Positions 18,135 through 27,198 of a DNA stretch of 64,000 bases are shown piece by piece (the stretch's first letter is position 1; each line of letters opens with the position of its first letter). The stretch comes from Bacillota bacterium (GTDB lineage Bacteria > Bacillota > Clostridia > Acetivibrionales > JANLFN01). The notes under the pieces were generated by a model, which made no database searches, had not been told where the DNA came from, and saw only the letters and a program-made list of their open reading frames with translations. The stretch lies in NCBI GenBank assembly GCA_030705825.1, contig JAUZPR010000003.1, positions 5,341 through 69,340 of the forward strand, in the 5' to 3' direction. Made by a program: the position numbers and the translations under genes.

Positions 18135-19280
18135 ATGTCCAGAGTCAAATTTTTACACTGTGCCGACCTGCACCTTGATGCCCCATTTACATCTCTTGGG
18201 GCAGACAGCGGCAAGTCTGCAGAGAGAAGGCAGGATCTTAAAGATACCTTCCGAAACATCATAGAACTCGCGAAATCAGAAAAGGTGGACTTGCTTTTAA
18301 TAAGCGGCGACCTATATGAACATGGGTATGTTCTAAAATCTACAATTAATTTTATAAACAAATGCTTTGAAAGCATACCCGCTACTAAAGTTTTCATAGT
18401 ACCGGGAAACCACGATCCTATCACCGTTAGTTCATATTACAGGAACTACAGCTGGAGTAACAATGTTTATATCCTTTGTGACGAGCTGCCCTATGTATAT
18501 CTGGATGATATCGATACCTATATTTATGGAGTTGGCTTCAAGAGTTTCTCTCAGGAAAAGACCATCGCATATTCCCTCAAGCCTGTAAGAAATGACTGTA
18601 TTAATCTTATGCTTGTTCATGGAACTGTTGATATGAACATAGGAAACAGTTTGTACAATCCAATGTCAAGTGAAAACCTGTCTACACTTAATATGGACTA
18701 TATAGCACTTGGCCATTTTCATGGAATGCTTTCGGATATAGGCGGAAAAGGTATAATCTACAACCCTGGAAGCCCGGAGCCATTGGGTTTTGATGAAGGC
18801 GGAAGCCATGGGGTTTTTATCGGAGACCTGGCCAGCACGGATTCAGCAGAAAAAAATCTTGAGCTACGCTTTCAAAAGCTGAACAAAAGGTACTATGAAA
18901 CAACCGACATTAAAGTTGACGGATGCGGCAGTACAGAAGAGATCATTTCAAGGATGGACGCTGAACTAAAATGCAGCGACGCGCCAAACTGTCTGCTATC
19001 GGTATCACTAAAGGGTTATCTTGAAGAAAGTATCAAAATAGATTTGCTGCAGATCCAAAATCATTTCAGGGATAAACTCTATTACCTGAAAATTAAAAAT
19101 GAAACTCTTGTAAATTACAATATTGATCAGATAGTAAAGGAGCCTGGCTTGAAAGGTCTGTTCGTCCGTAAGATCATGTCCCGTATTGAAAAAACGGAGG
19201 ACCTGTGTGAAAAGGAACTTTTGAACAAGGCTTTGTATTATGGTTTGGAAGCTTTGGAAAACGGAAAATTGGATTTATAG
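18135..19280 (+). CDS. metallophosphoesterase DNA-repair exonuclease, SbcD/Mre11-like (B. subtilis YhaO/SbcF-type)
   Basis: Calcineurin-like motifs FLHCADLHLD, ISGDLYEH, VPGNHD, ALGHFH. Confidence 0.8.
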   Translation: MSRVKFLHCADLHLDAPFTSLGADSGKSAERRQDLKDTFRNIIELAKSEKVDLLLISGDLYEHGYVLKSTINFINKCFESIPATKVFIVPGNHDPITVSSYYRNYSWSNNVYILCDELPYVYLDDIDTYIYGVGFKSFSQEKTIAYSLKPVRNDCINLMLVHGTVDMNIGNSLYNPMSSENLSTLNMDYIALGHFHGMLSDIGGKGIIYNPGSPEPLGFDEGGSHGVFIGDLASTDSAEKNLELRFQKLNKRYYETTDIKVDGCGSTEEIISRMDAELKCSDAPNCLLSVSLKGYLEESIKIDLLQIQNHFRDKLYYLKIKNETLVNYNIDQIVKEPGLKGLFVRKIMSRIEKTEDLCEKELLNKALYYGLEALENGKLDL

Positions 19281-19302
19281 ATACTAATTGCGGGGTCATA
19301 AA

Positions 19303-21951
19303 ATGAAGATAAATAACCTGGAAGTTAAGGGCTTTGGTAAAATAAACAATTTAAAACTCAACTTCAAAGATTCTTTTAATATTGTCTTTGGGCAAAATGA
19401 ATCAGGCAAAACTACCCTTCAGTGGTTTATAAGAGGCATGCTTTTTGGACTTAAGGGAGGCCGATCGGGTAAAGACGGGTCACTTCCGCCTTTAAAGCGT
19501 TTCAAACCCTGGAAAACAAACGAATACTCGGGAATTATGGAATATACTCTTGATACCGGAAAAACCTATAGGGTAGTAAGGAATTTTGCAGGAAATCAGG
19601 CTATTATCTATGATTCCTCCTTTAATGAACTTACAGACAGCTTTGATACAAGTAAGGAAAGGGGGGCCTTGTTTGCCGAAAAGCATCTTGGCTTAAATGA
19701 AAATTGCTTTGATAAAACCGTACTTATAAGACAGCTTGATGCCCGTATAGATGAGGAAGGCAGCAGAGAACTTCTTAACAGGCTTACTAATGCCGTACAG
19801 ACAGGGTTCGAGGACATATCCTATAAAAGGGCACAGGATGCTTTAAAGGAAGCCCTTAAGACATACATAGGCACAGACAAAACCTCTACCCGTCCATTGG
19901 ATAAAATAGTTTCAAGACTTCAGGAGCTTAAATCCCTGAAAGACGAATATTCCTCAAAGCGTGAGGAACTGTTCCATGTAGAACAGCAGTTGAACCAGTC
20001 AAGAAATGATAAGGACTTACTGGAACAGAAAAAAGCACTTTTTGAACAAACTAAAGAATTTATCAAAATAAGAAAAAGTATAGACCAGGTTTCAAGGAAA
20101 ATATCTGAAATTACTGAAATACTTGACAATATTCATCAAATACATACCGAAATGGATATTCTAAAGAAAAGAGCCGATGAGATAAATGTGTCAGAGACCG
20201 AGCTTTCCAGGTTTTCAGTTTTTGACAATGAAGATATCGACAAAATAACTACCGACTTCAATACCTATCTTTACTTGATTGAGGATGTCCGGAAGCAGGA
20301 AACCGGCTTACGTTCAAAAGAGATGGAATTGGAAGTAATCCTTGCATCTGTAAAACACCTTAATGCGTTCGAAAACACCACACCCGGGGTAGATAATGAG
20401 GTAATCAAGCTTTACCGTGATCTGGAAAGTCTGAAATCCGAGAAGGAGAATTACAACCCGGATAATTTTAATACACAAATAGGTTCGGAAAACAAAAGGA
20501 AAAACCGCTTCAACCTGGCAGCCTTTCTTTCTCTTGCGACCGCAATATTGAGTCTGTCTCTGGGATTATTAGCCAAAAAAGGCGGGTTTGCAGGCATGAC
20601 AGGTGCAGCTGTATTTATTGTTCTGGCTGTTTACTTTTTATTTCTGTCTGGTAAAGCATCAAAGAAATTAACAGATATTATGCGTCAAAGGAATATGTCA
20701 TTTACATATTCCAACGGAATTATGGAACAAATTGAAAATGCCAGTACAAGCCTTCAAAGAAAATATTCCTCGGTCGGCGCTTCAAGTATGGAGGATTACC
20801 TCTCATTAAAAACTGAGTTTGATAAAAAATCCATTCAGGCAGAGGGTATCCGGAATGATATTAAGCATATAAGCGCCAATATCGAGGAAAACCAAAAAAG
20901 GATTTCCAGCTTAAAGGAGAATATACTTGGTAAGTTGACCCTTACAGGAACACTTGAAACTGCTGCCTCTGAAATATCTCAGGAAAACATAAATGAATTC
21001 AAGACCGGAATAAGGAAATATAAAGGCCTTGAACCAACATCAAATTATACCTCCAAACGAAAGGAGGACATAAGCACACTGTCTGAAAACCTGATTAACA
21101 AGCTTAAAAATTCTTATAATATAACCTTTGAAAATGAAGAACAGCTCTCAGCAATAATAACTTCGTCCTCCGCCGAAATAAGAGAGCTGGAAGGCAAATC
21201 CCATCAAAAACTGGATCAGATTGTTTCCATGAGCCTTAACAAAGGCATCCCTATTTTCGGGCTTGAAGTAATAGGTGACGAATTAACAGTGGAAAAATTA
21301 TCTGAGGTTGAGGTGCTTGCCTGCACATCTGCTGAAAAAGCAGCCTCTGATTTGGAAAAGCTCAACCTTGAAATAAGGGAACTGGAAACAGTGATAAAAA
21401 GCCAGGATATAAGCAGTGATAAAAATCAGCAGCTTGAAGAGGAAATTTACGAGCTTGAAAGCAAAAAATCCCAGCTGGAGGATACAGGGATTGCCTTAAG
21501 GTTGGCTTTGGAAACCCTGGACGAGGCTAGCTATGAGATACAGAGGGATTTTGTACCGGTCCTGAACTTAAGAATGAGCAACATTATAGATAAGATTTCC
21601 TCAGGTAAGTATAACGATATACGTGCAAACGACCAGTTGATGTTGAATACTGTAGACAGGGAAACCGGGGGGATCATCCCCGCCTCACTGGTAAGCAGCG
21701 GAACAGCCGACCAGATGTATCTTGCCCTCAGGCTTGCAATGGCTGATTTTATTACTGCTGATAATGAAAAGCTTCCTCTTCTCATGGATGAAATATTTTC
21801 ACAGTTTGATGACCTCAGAACAGCTCAAACTTTGGAGCTTCTTAAAGAAATTTCAACCGAAACTCAGGTAATACTGTTTACCTGCAAGGAAAGAGAATTA
21901 GAGCTGGCACAGCTGAAATTCGGAGATAATTTGAATATAATAGAATTATAA
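19303..21951 (+). CDS. Rad50/SbcC-like AAA ATPase (B. subtilis YhaN/SbcE-type) with a central two-helix membrane hairpin
   Basis: N-terminal Walker A FGQNESGKTT and a long coiled coil. C-terminal signature/Walker B region SSGTADQMYLALRLA...PLLMDEIFSQFD. Hydrophobic pair LAAFLSLATAILSLSLGLLA / MTGAAVFIVLAVYFLFLSG at nt 20509-20652. Confidence 0.75.
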   Translation: MKINNLEVKGFGKINNLKLNFKDSFNIVFGQNESGKTTLQWFIRGMLFGLKGGRSGKDGSLPPLKRFKPWKTNEYSGIMEYTLDTGKTYRVVRNFAGNQAIIYDSSFNELTDSFDTSKERGALFAEKHLGLNENCFDKTVLIRQLDARIDEEGSRELLNRLTNAVQTGFEDISYKRAQDALKEALKTYIGTDKTSTRPLDKIVSRLQELKSLKDEYSSKREELFHVEQQLNQSRNDKDLLEQKKALFEQTKEFIKIRKSIDQVSRKISEITEILDNIHQIHTEMDILKKRADEINVSETELSRFSVFDNEDIDKITTDFNTYLYLIEDVRKQETGLRSKEMELEVILASVKHLNAFENTTPGVDNEVIKLYRDLESLKSEKENYNPDNFNTQIGSENKRKNRFNLAAFLSLATAILSLSLGLLAKKGGFAGMTGAAVFIVLAVYFLFLSGKASKKLTDIMRQRNMSFTYSNGIMEQIENASTSLQRKYSSVGASSMEDYLSLKTEFDKKSIQAEGIRNDIKHISANIEENQKRISSLKENILGKLTLTGTLETAASEISQENINEFKTGIRKYKGLEPTSNYTSKRKEDISTLSENLINKLKNSYNITFENEEQLSAIITSSSAEIRELEGKSHQKLDQIVSMSLNKGIPIFGLEVIGDELTVEKLSEVEVLACTSAEKAASDLEKLNLEIRELETVIKSQDISSDKNQQLEEEIYELESKKSQLEDTGIALRLALETLDEASYEIQRDFVPVLNLRMSNIIDKISSGKYNDIRANDQLMLNTVDRETGGIIPASLVSSGTADQMYLALRLAMADFITADNEKLPLLMDEIFSQFDDLRTAQTLELLKEISTETQVILFTCKERELELAQLKFGDNLNIIEL

Positions 21952-21953
21952 CG

Positions 21954-23177
21954 CTAGATTTTCAGCCACAGCTTCCTCTTGATACTGCTTAACAGGTTGG
22001 GAGATATATTCTCACGCAGTTCGCAAACAGGAATTGTACAGTTTATTTCCTCATATCTGTCCCTATCTCTTTTTTCTATCCTGGAAAGAAGCTGTGCGGT
22101 ATTATTCCAGGAGTCCTTATTAGATAAATTTCTTGCCATCTCCTTCATATGATTAATTTTTGCAGGATTATCGATAACCTGCTGCATAACACTCTCAATG
22201 TGAGTACTTCTTATGACACTTACAGCAGCTCCGTTGTTTATTAAAAAACTTGCATTGACCTCTTCCGCTCCAGGTATAGGCGATATTACAAATAAAGGAA
22301 TTTCCTTATGAAGCGCCTCTGTAACAGTTAGTCCTCCCGGTTTGGTTAAAATAAAATCCGAAGCGTCCATAAGGTCCGGAATCTTATCGGTAAAACCAAG
22401 AATCTTAACCATTTTTCCGTTGTTTCGCGAACTTTTTTCCAGCTTTTTTCTAAGCTTTTTATTTTGTCCTGTAACAACAATAACCTGAATATCCCTGCTG
22501 CATTTTACAAGTGACTCAAAGACACCATATATTTCACCTATACCCAAACTTCCTCCCATAACCAAAGCAGTAAGCTTATCTTCAAGGCCCAGTTCCTGCA
22601 GGACTTCTTTTCTGTCCCTTTTAACAAGAAATTTCTGAGATACAGGTATACCGTAAACAAATATTTTTTGTTCAGGTATTCCCCAATTTATCATTTCCTT
22701 TTTCAAAAATTCATGGGAAATAATATAAGCATCTATTCCATCATGCATCCAGAAAGAATGAAATGCCATATCTGTTATAACTGCAACTATGGGAATGTCC
22801 AGCTTGGTTCTCCCTTTGAGCCCGCAAATCATTTGAAGAGCAAGCGGATGCGTGGTGACTATTACCGAAGGATTAAAATCTTTTATAAGCTTTTCAAGCC
22901 TATGAGAAAGAAATCTGTTGACCGTGTTGCTAAGTCCATAAAAACTTTCGCCCCTTTCGGACATTTGATATAGCCTGCGGTACATGAAGGGAGTATTTCT
23001 TATTGTATTCAGGTAGCTCCCTACAATTATCCTGTCCGCGACAGGACTGGAATATCTAAGAGCATCTATTAATAGTGTTTTGGAACCTGGAAAACACTTT
23101 TCCGCTATTTCCTTTACTGCTTCCGCAGCCTTTTGATGTCCGCCGCCTGTGGCTACAGTTAAAAGAAGTACATTCAT
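21954..23177 (-). CDS. MGDG-synthase family glycosyltransferase (GT28; diacylglycerol glycosyltransferase, UgtP-like)
   Basis: The N-terminus MNVLLLTVATGGGHQKAAEAV and the C-terminal GT-B nucleotide-sugar region (TKPGGLTVTEAL) are typical of the family. Confidence 0.8.
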   Translation of the reverse strand: MNVLLLTVATGGGHQKAAEAVKEIAEKCFPGSKTLLIDALRYSSPVADRIIVGSYLNTIRNTPFMYRRLYQMSERGESFYGLSNTVNRFLSHRLEKLIKDFNPSVIVTTHPLALQMICGLKGRTKLDIPIVAVITDMAFHSFWMHDGIDAYIISHEFLKKEMINWGIPEQKIFVYGIPVSQKFLVKRDRKEVLQELGLEDKLTALVMGGSLGIGEIYGVFESLVKCSRDIQVIVVTGQNKKLRKKLEKSSRNNGKMVKILGFTDKIPDLMDASDFILTKPGGLTVTEALHKEIPLFVISPIPGAEEVNASFLINNGAAVSVIRSTHIESVMQQVIDNPAKINHMKEMARNLSNKDSWNNTAQLLSRIEKRDRDRYEEINCTIPVCELRENISPNLLSSIKRKLWLKI

Positions 23178-23392
23178 TATATAACCTCCGTGCCCGTGTC
23201 TTATCCGGATACATAAAAGTATTGATATTTCGCTGTTTTAAAGCATTCCTTCGTTTTTACCGCACGTATATTTTTTGCAAAAAAACAAAAAATATCAACT
23301 GCAAATAAAATATACTTTGCACAAAAACTATTGTGTTACAGTTCTTATTTTTAATTAAATATTAGTCTGGCCTATAAAAGGAGGAATAATAT

Positions 23393-23872
23393 ATTTTAAA
23401 ATCAAAAGCAGTAACAGCAATCGCAGTTCTTTTAGCAATATTTGCTGCAAATTTTTCTGCAAGCAGTATTAACATTATTGGCAATGATGGAAATGTTTAT
23501 GCACAATCTTCCGATACCAGTGATGCTCAGTTACTGGCGCGGGCAATAAACGGTGAAGCAAGAGGAGAACCCTATCTTGGGCAGGTAGCTGTAGGCGCCG
23601 TCATTGTAAACCGGACAAGAGATCCGAGATTCCCAAAAACAATAGCCGGAGTAATTTATCAGCCGGGCGCATTTACAGCCGTATCAGACGGACAGATAAA
23701 TGTAGCGCTGGATCCCAATTCCACTGTTGTAAAGGCTGCCAGGGATGCATTAAGCGGTTTTGATCCTACCAATGGCTGCGTATACTACTGGAATCCTGCA
23801 ACGGCAACAAGCAAATGGATTTGGTCAAGGCCAATAGTAACTAAGATAGGAAAGCATGATTTTGCCAAGTAA
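23393..23872 (+). CDS. sleB: spore-cortex-lytic / cell-wall hydrolase, SleB/CwlJ (Hydrolase_2) family, with signal peptide; non-canonical ATT start
   Basis: Absent from the ORF track. My hand translation reads (I)LKSKAVTAIAVLLAIFAANFSA...AQLLARAINGEARGEPYLGQVAVGAVIVNRTRDPRFPKTIAGVIYQPGAFTAV...YYWNP. The frame opens after TAA 23387-23389, and the only near-cognate start is ATT 23393, 8 nt after GGAGG. It lies upstream of ypeB. Confidence 0.8.
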   Translation: MLKSKAVTAIAVLLAIFAANFSASSINIIGNDGNVYAQSSDTSDAQLLARAINGEARGEPYLGQVAVGAVIVNRTRDPRFPKTIAGVIYQPGAFTAVSDGQINVALDPNSTVVKAARDALSGFDPTNGCVYYWNPATATSKWIWSRPIVTKIGKHDFAK

Positions 23873-23895
23873 AAAAATGGTTTGGAGGTGTAAGC

Positions 23896-25287
23896 TTGAG
23901 TTTCAGAGAAAAACTGTTGGACCTTAAAAAAAGATTATCAGACAGAAAAATGTACAGTATAGTGATTGTAGTAATTGCAGCAGTAGCTATTTGGGGAATA
24001 ACTCAGTACAGGCACTCGGGAGAACTCAGACAGCAGCTTGATAATCAGTATAACAGGGCTTTTTTTGATATGACCGGATACGTTCATAATGTCGAAACAT
24101 TATTGATGAAATCCCTAATAAGCGGAAGTTCCACAATGACTGCATCAACCCTTCAGGAAGCATGGAGGCAGGCTAATCTTGCACAGACAAACCTGGGACA
24201 GTTACCCATTACACCTGTTGTACTTGAAAATACATCTAAATTTCTGACACAGGTGGGAGATCTGGCTTATTCCCTGAATAATCAGAGCATGAGCGGTAAA
24301 CCCTTGAATGAACAGCAATATAAAACAGTACAGCAGCTGTATACTTATGCCGTAAATCTCGGGAAAAACTTAAACAGTCTGCAGGGACAACTTACGCAGG
24401 GTAGGATTAAATGGAGTGCGTTGGCCAATAAGGGAACCCGGCTTTTCAAAAAGACCTCCTCTCAAATGCCCATGTCACAGTTTGAAAATGTTGATAAAAC
24501 CTTCAAGGATGTTCCGAAGCTTATCTATGACGGCCCATTTTCAGACCACCTGACCGGACTTGAGCCAAAGGGGTTAACCGGGAACAATATAACAGCAGAT
24601 CAGGCAAAGCAAAGTGTAAACAATCTGTTCCCCGGACAAAAAATAAAAGCCATAACCAGTTCTGGACGAAACGACAGCGGAATGTTTAAAACCTATAATT
24701 TCAAGGTAACCTTCAATGGGGCTCCCGATAAACAATATGCAAATGTCACCATTACTCAAAAAGGCGGCCAGGTATTATGGATGCTTTATAACAGACCGTC
24801 AGCCGCAGCCAGGATAAGTGTTGAACAGGCAAAGGCAATAGGTAAAAAATATCTTGAGGATCATGGGTTTAAAGGCATGGCAGACACCTATTATCTTAAG
24901 GAAGATAATACTGCAACAGTAAATTATGCATATAAGCAGAATAACGTAGTAATCTATCCTGATTTAATTAAGGTTAAGATCGCATTGGATAATGGGGAGG
25001 TTGTAGGCCTTGAAACAAAATCCTATCTCTCGGCCCATACCGCAAGAACAATTCCGACACCTAAAATATCCATGCAGCAAGCCCGTGCGGCAATAAGTGC
25101 AAGGGTAAATGTTCTGTCTTCAGATCTGGCTATAATTCCAACCGATTACAAGACCGAGCTTTTTACCTACGAATTCAAAGGTAAATTCAACAACCAGGAC
25201 TTCCTGGTATATATAAATGCAGATACCGGTAAAGAGGAAAATATTCTAATGATAGTCAATACACCCAATGGAATACTTACAATGTGA
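23896..25287 (+). CDS. ypeB: germination protein YpeB
   Basis: 463 aa with an N-terminal TM anchor and C-terminal PepSY-type repeats. It shows the classical sleB-ypeB linkage. TTG start follows GGAGGTG. Confidence 0.85.
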   Translation: MSFREKLLDLKKRLSDRKMYSIVIVVIAAVAIWGITQYRHSGELRQQLDNQYNRAFFDMTGYVHNVETLLMKSLISGSSTMTASTLQEAWRQANLAQTNLGQLPITPVVLENTSKFLTQVGDLAYSLNNQSMSGKPLNEQQYKTVQQLYTYAVNLGKNLNSLQGQLTQGRIKWSALANKGTRLFKKTSSQMPMSQFENVDKTFKDVPKLIYDGPFSDHLTGLEPKGLTGNNITADQAKQSVNNLFPGQKIKAITSSGRNDSGMFKTYNFKVTFNGAPDKQYANVTITQKGGQVLWMLYNRPSAAARISVEQAKAIGKKYLEDHGFKGMADTYYLKEDNTATVNYAYKQNNVVIYPDLIKVKIALDNGEVVGLETKSYLSAHTARTIPTPKISMQQARAAISARVNVLSSDLAIIPTDYKTELFTYEFKGKFNNQDFLVYINADTGKEENILMIVNTPNGILTM

Positions 25288-25294
25288 AACAAAG

Positions 25295-25335
25295 AAAAAA
25301 ACAGAGCAGTACAATTTGAACTGCTCTGTTTTTTG
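25295..25335. terminator. bidirectional rho-independent terminator
   Basis: ACAGAGCAGT (25301-25310) pairs with ACTGCTCTGT (25320-25329), flanked by an A-run and a T-run. Confidence 0.8.
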
Positions 25336-25378
25336 TTTTTAGAAACTTCTTCCCTTGAACTGATCACTAAGACATTGA

Positions 25379-25414
25379 AAAAGGAAAGGATAATTTTATA
25401 TCCCTTCCTTTTTA
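25379..25414 (-). terminator. terminator of the minus-strand stress-protein gene
   Basis: AAGGAAAGGA / TCCCTTCCTT imperfect stem, with a T-run on the minus strand. Confidence 0.55.
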
Positions 25415-25429
25415 TATTATATTATTTAA

Positions 25430-25945
25430 TTAATAAGTATCCACACTTTCTGCACCGTTACTTCTGAGTATTGAGGCTATATCATCAATTTTATTATTAT
25501 CTGCTCTCATGCTGAATAGTATTTTACCTGCTCTGATGTCGGTCTCATACTGTTTGCTTCTATTTTCAGGGATACCCAGATCTACAAGTCCGCCTACTAT
25601 TCCGCCTGTTACCGCTCCTGAAAGCAATCCGGTAATTGGACCTGCAGCTGCTATAATGCCAAGACCCGGAATAACCATACTGCCGGCACCAATTAACAAT
25701 CCTGCCAGGCCTCCCAGAATACCGCCTGTTACAACGCCGTCAGATATATTATCGTTCTTTGCGTGAGGATGTGTATCATGTGTTCCCATTGTAGCAGTGG
25801 TTCTGTCAGTATTTGCAGAATGCTCGTCTCCCTGCTTTGCAACTATTGAAATGTCAGATGTTCGAAGTCCCTGATCTTTTATTTGCCTTGCTGCATTTTC
25901 AGCGTGTCTGTGATCATCAAATACTGCGACGACAGTTCTAGCCAT
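25430..25945 (-). CDS. general-stress-type protein with YflT/Gsp17M-like N-terminal domain and glycine-zipper membrane segment
   Basis: The N-terminus VVAVFDDHRHAENAARQIKDQGL is followed by a GxxxG-rich hydrophobic core (GGILGGLAGLLIGAGSMVIPGLGIIAAAGPITGLLSGAVTGGIVGGL). Confidence 0.55.
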   Translation of the reverse strand: MARTVVAVFDDHRHAENAARQIKDQGLRTSDISIVAKQGDEHSANTDRTTATMGTHDTHPHAKNDNISDGVVTGGILGGLAGLLIGAGSMVIPGLGIIAAAGPITGLLSGAVTGGIVGGLVDLGIPENRSKQYETDIRAGKILFSMRADNNKIDDIASILRSNGAESVDTY

Positions 25946-26200
25946 ATTTTTTCCTCCTTATTATAATATAACAATAGCTTTTGCCGATTAAATATTATTT
26001 ATTCAATCAACTTTCCCATTTACTCTTGTCATATTTTTATCTTTATTATTTGTCAAATATATCCGATAAATAAATTGCTTTAGTTTATTAAAAACGAATA
26101 TTTCAATAATTACAGTCATAAAAATTAATATCTTTCGTTCAATATTTGTGATAAAATTTAAGCGTTCGGCATTATTTTCAAAAAAGATTGAGGTTTTTTA

Positions 26201-26707
26201 ATGCAACTGCAGGGCCTTTTTATTATGTTGTTTATTTTAATAATAGCTCCACTGCTTCTTATATCAGCCAACCACAATGTTTTCTTTGTGTTGGTTGCCA
26301 TAGTGCTGTTCATAAACTCTATAAGATGCATATTGAAACTTTTTATAGGCACGTCGAAAAACCAAAATGAGATCGAAGATGAAGGCATGGATGATCTTGA
26401 GGACATGCTGAGTGTTGATATCAAGAGATTTGGAACAGGTACTAAAGTAGTTAGAAATCTGATTGCCGTTTTATTTTTCATATACTGTATTTATTATATC
26501 CATGCATATATTTTCAAAATTATGACAACATTCATCATTACCTCCTGGATTATAACCATTATTAAAGATCTTTCAGGTGATGAAAAAACATCACAAATGA
26601 AGTTTACTACAGTTTTGAAAAGTATTTATCTTTTTGTTATACATGCCTCATCAATTCTGCTTATATCATTAGTAGCCCTCTCCAAATTCCATAATATTTT
26701 TTCTTAA
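26201..26707 (+). CDS. hypothetical integral membrane protein
   Basis: 168 aa with 4-5 hydrophobic helices and an acidic loop. RBS GAGG lies 8 nt upstream. No family recognised. Confidence 0.5.
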   Translation: MQLQGLFIMLFILIIAPLLLISANHNVFFVLVAIVLFINSIRCILKLFIGTSKNQNEIEDEGMDDLEDMLSVDIKRFGTGTKVVRNLIAVLFFIYCIYYIHAYIFKIMTTFIITSWIITIIKDLSGDEKTSQMKFTTVLKSIYLFVIHASSILLISLVALSKFHNIFS

Positions 26708-26782
26708 ATTAATTAAAAATCATTTATATTTGCAAGAAGCGTAAATATAAGTTGCAAATTACGGGTTTTTTTAATAAAACTA

Positions 26783-26811
26783 TTGAATGGCATATATATA
26801 CGTGTTATAAT
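26783..26811 (+). promoter_or_regulatory. candidate sigma-A promoter about 390 nt upstream of gltB
   Basis: TTGAAT (26783-26788), 17-nt spacer, TGtTATAAT (TATAAT 26806-26811). Confidence 0.5.
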
Positions 26812-27198
26812 AATTTAAGCTGTTAAATATTTTGCTGAAGTGCGCTAATGCAAGCGGTTTGAGTAAATAACCTCCAGTTAAAAATTATTTTGACAGTTAA
26901 AAAAAGTACTCAATGGGGAGTAATTTTCCTTATTTGTGTACTTTTTTTTATTTTCTCTAGTCAAATAAGGAAATTTTTAATAAACAAAAAGGATTTTCAA
27001 ATTGCAAGTTGCTTTTACGGCACATTCATTTTTTAGCTAACTAAATTGCAATAGGATAATCAATAAGAATTAATTGCTAATTTGTATCAATACATGGGGG
27101 TAAAAAGCTAATAGTTGTAAGAAAAGCCATAATGGCCGGCAACTCTTCAGGCCACTTTAGCTCCCTACAATATATATTGGAAGAAGGATGTTCAAAGT

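Noticed and set aside
26915-26962. 15-codon mini-ORF (MGSNFPYLCTFFYFL) inside the gltB leader hairpin
   Set aside because: No Shine-Dalgarno sequence precedes the ATG. It probably arises by chance within the hairpin loop. I mention it only because leader peptides are a known attenuation mechanism.
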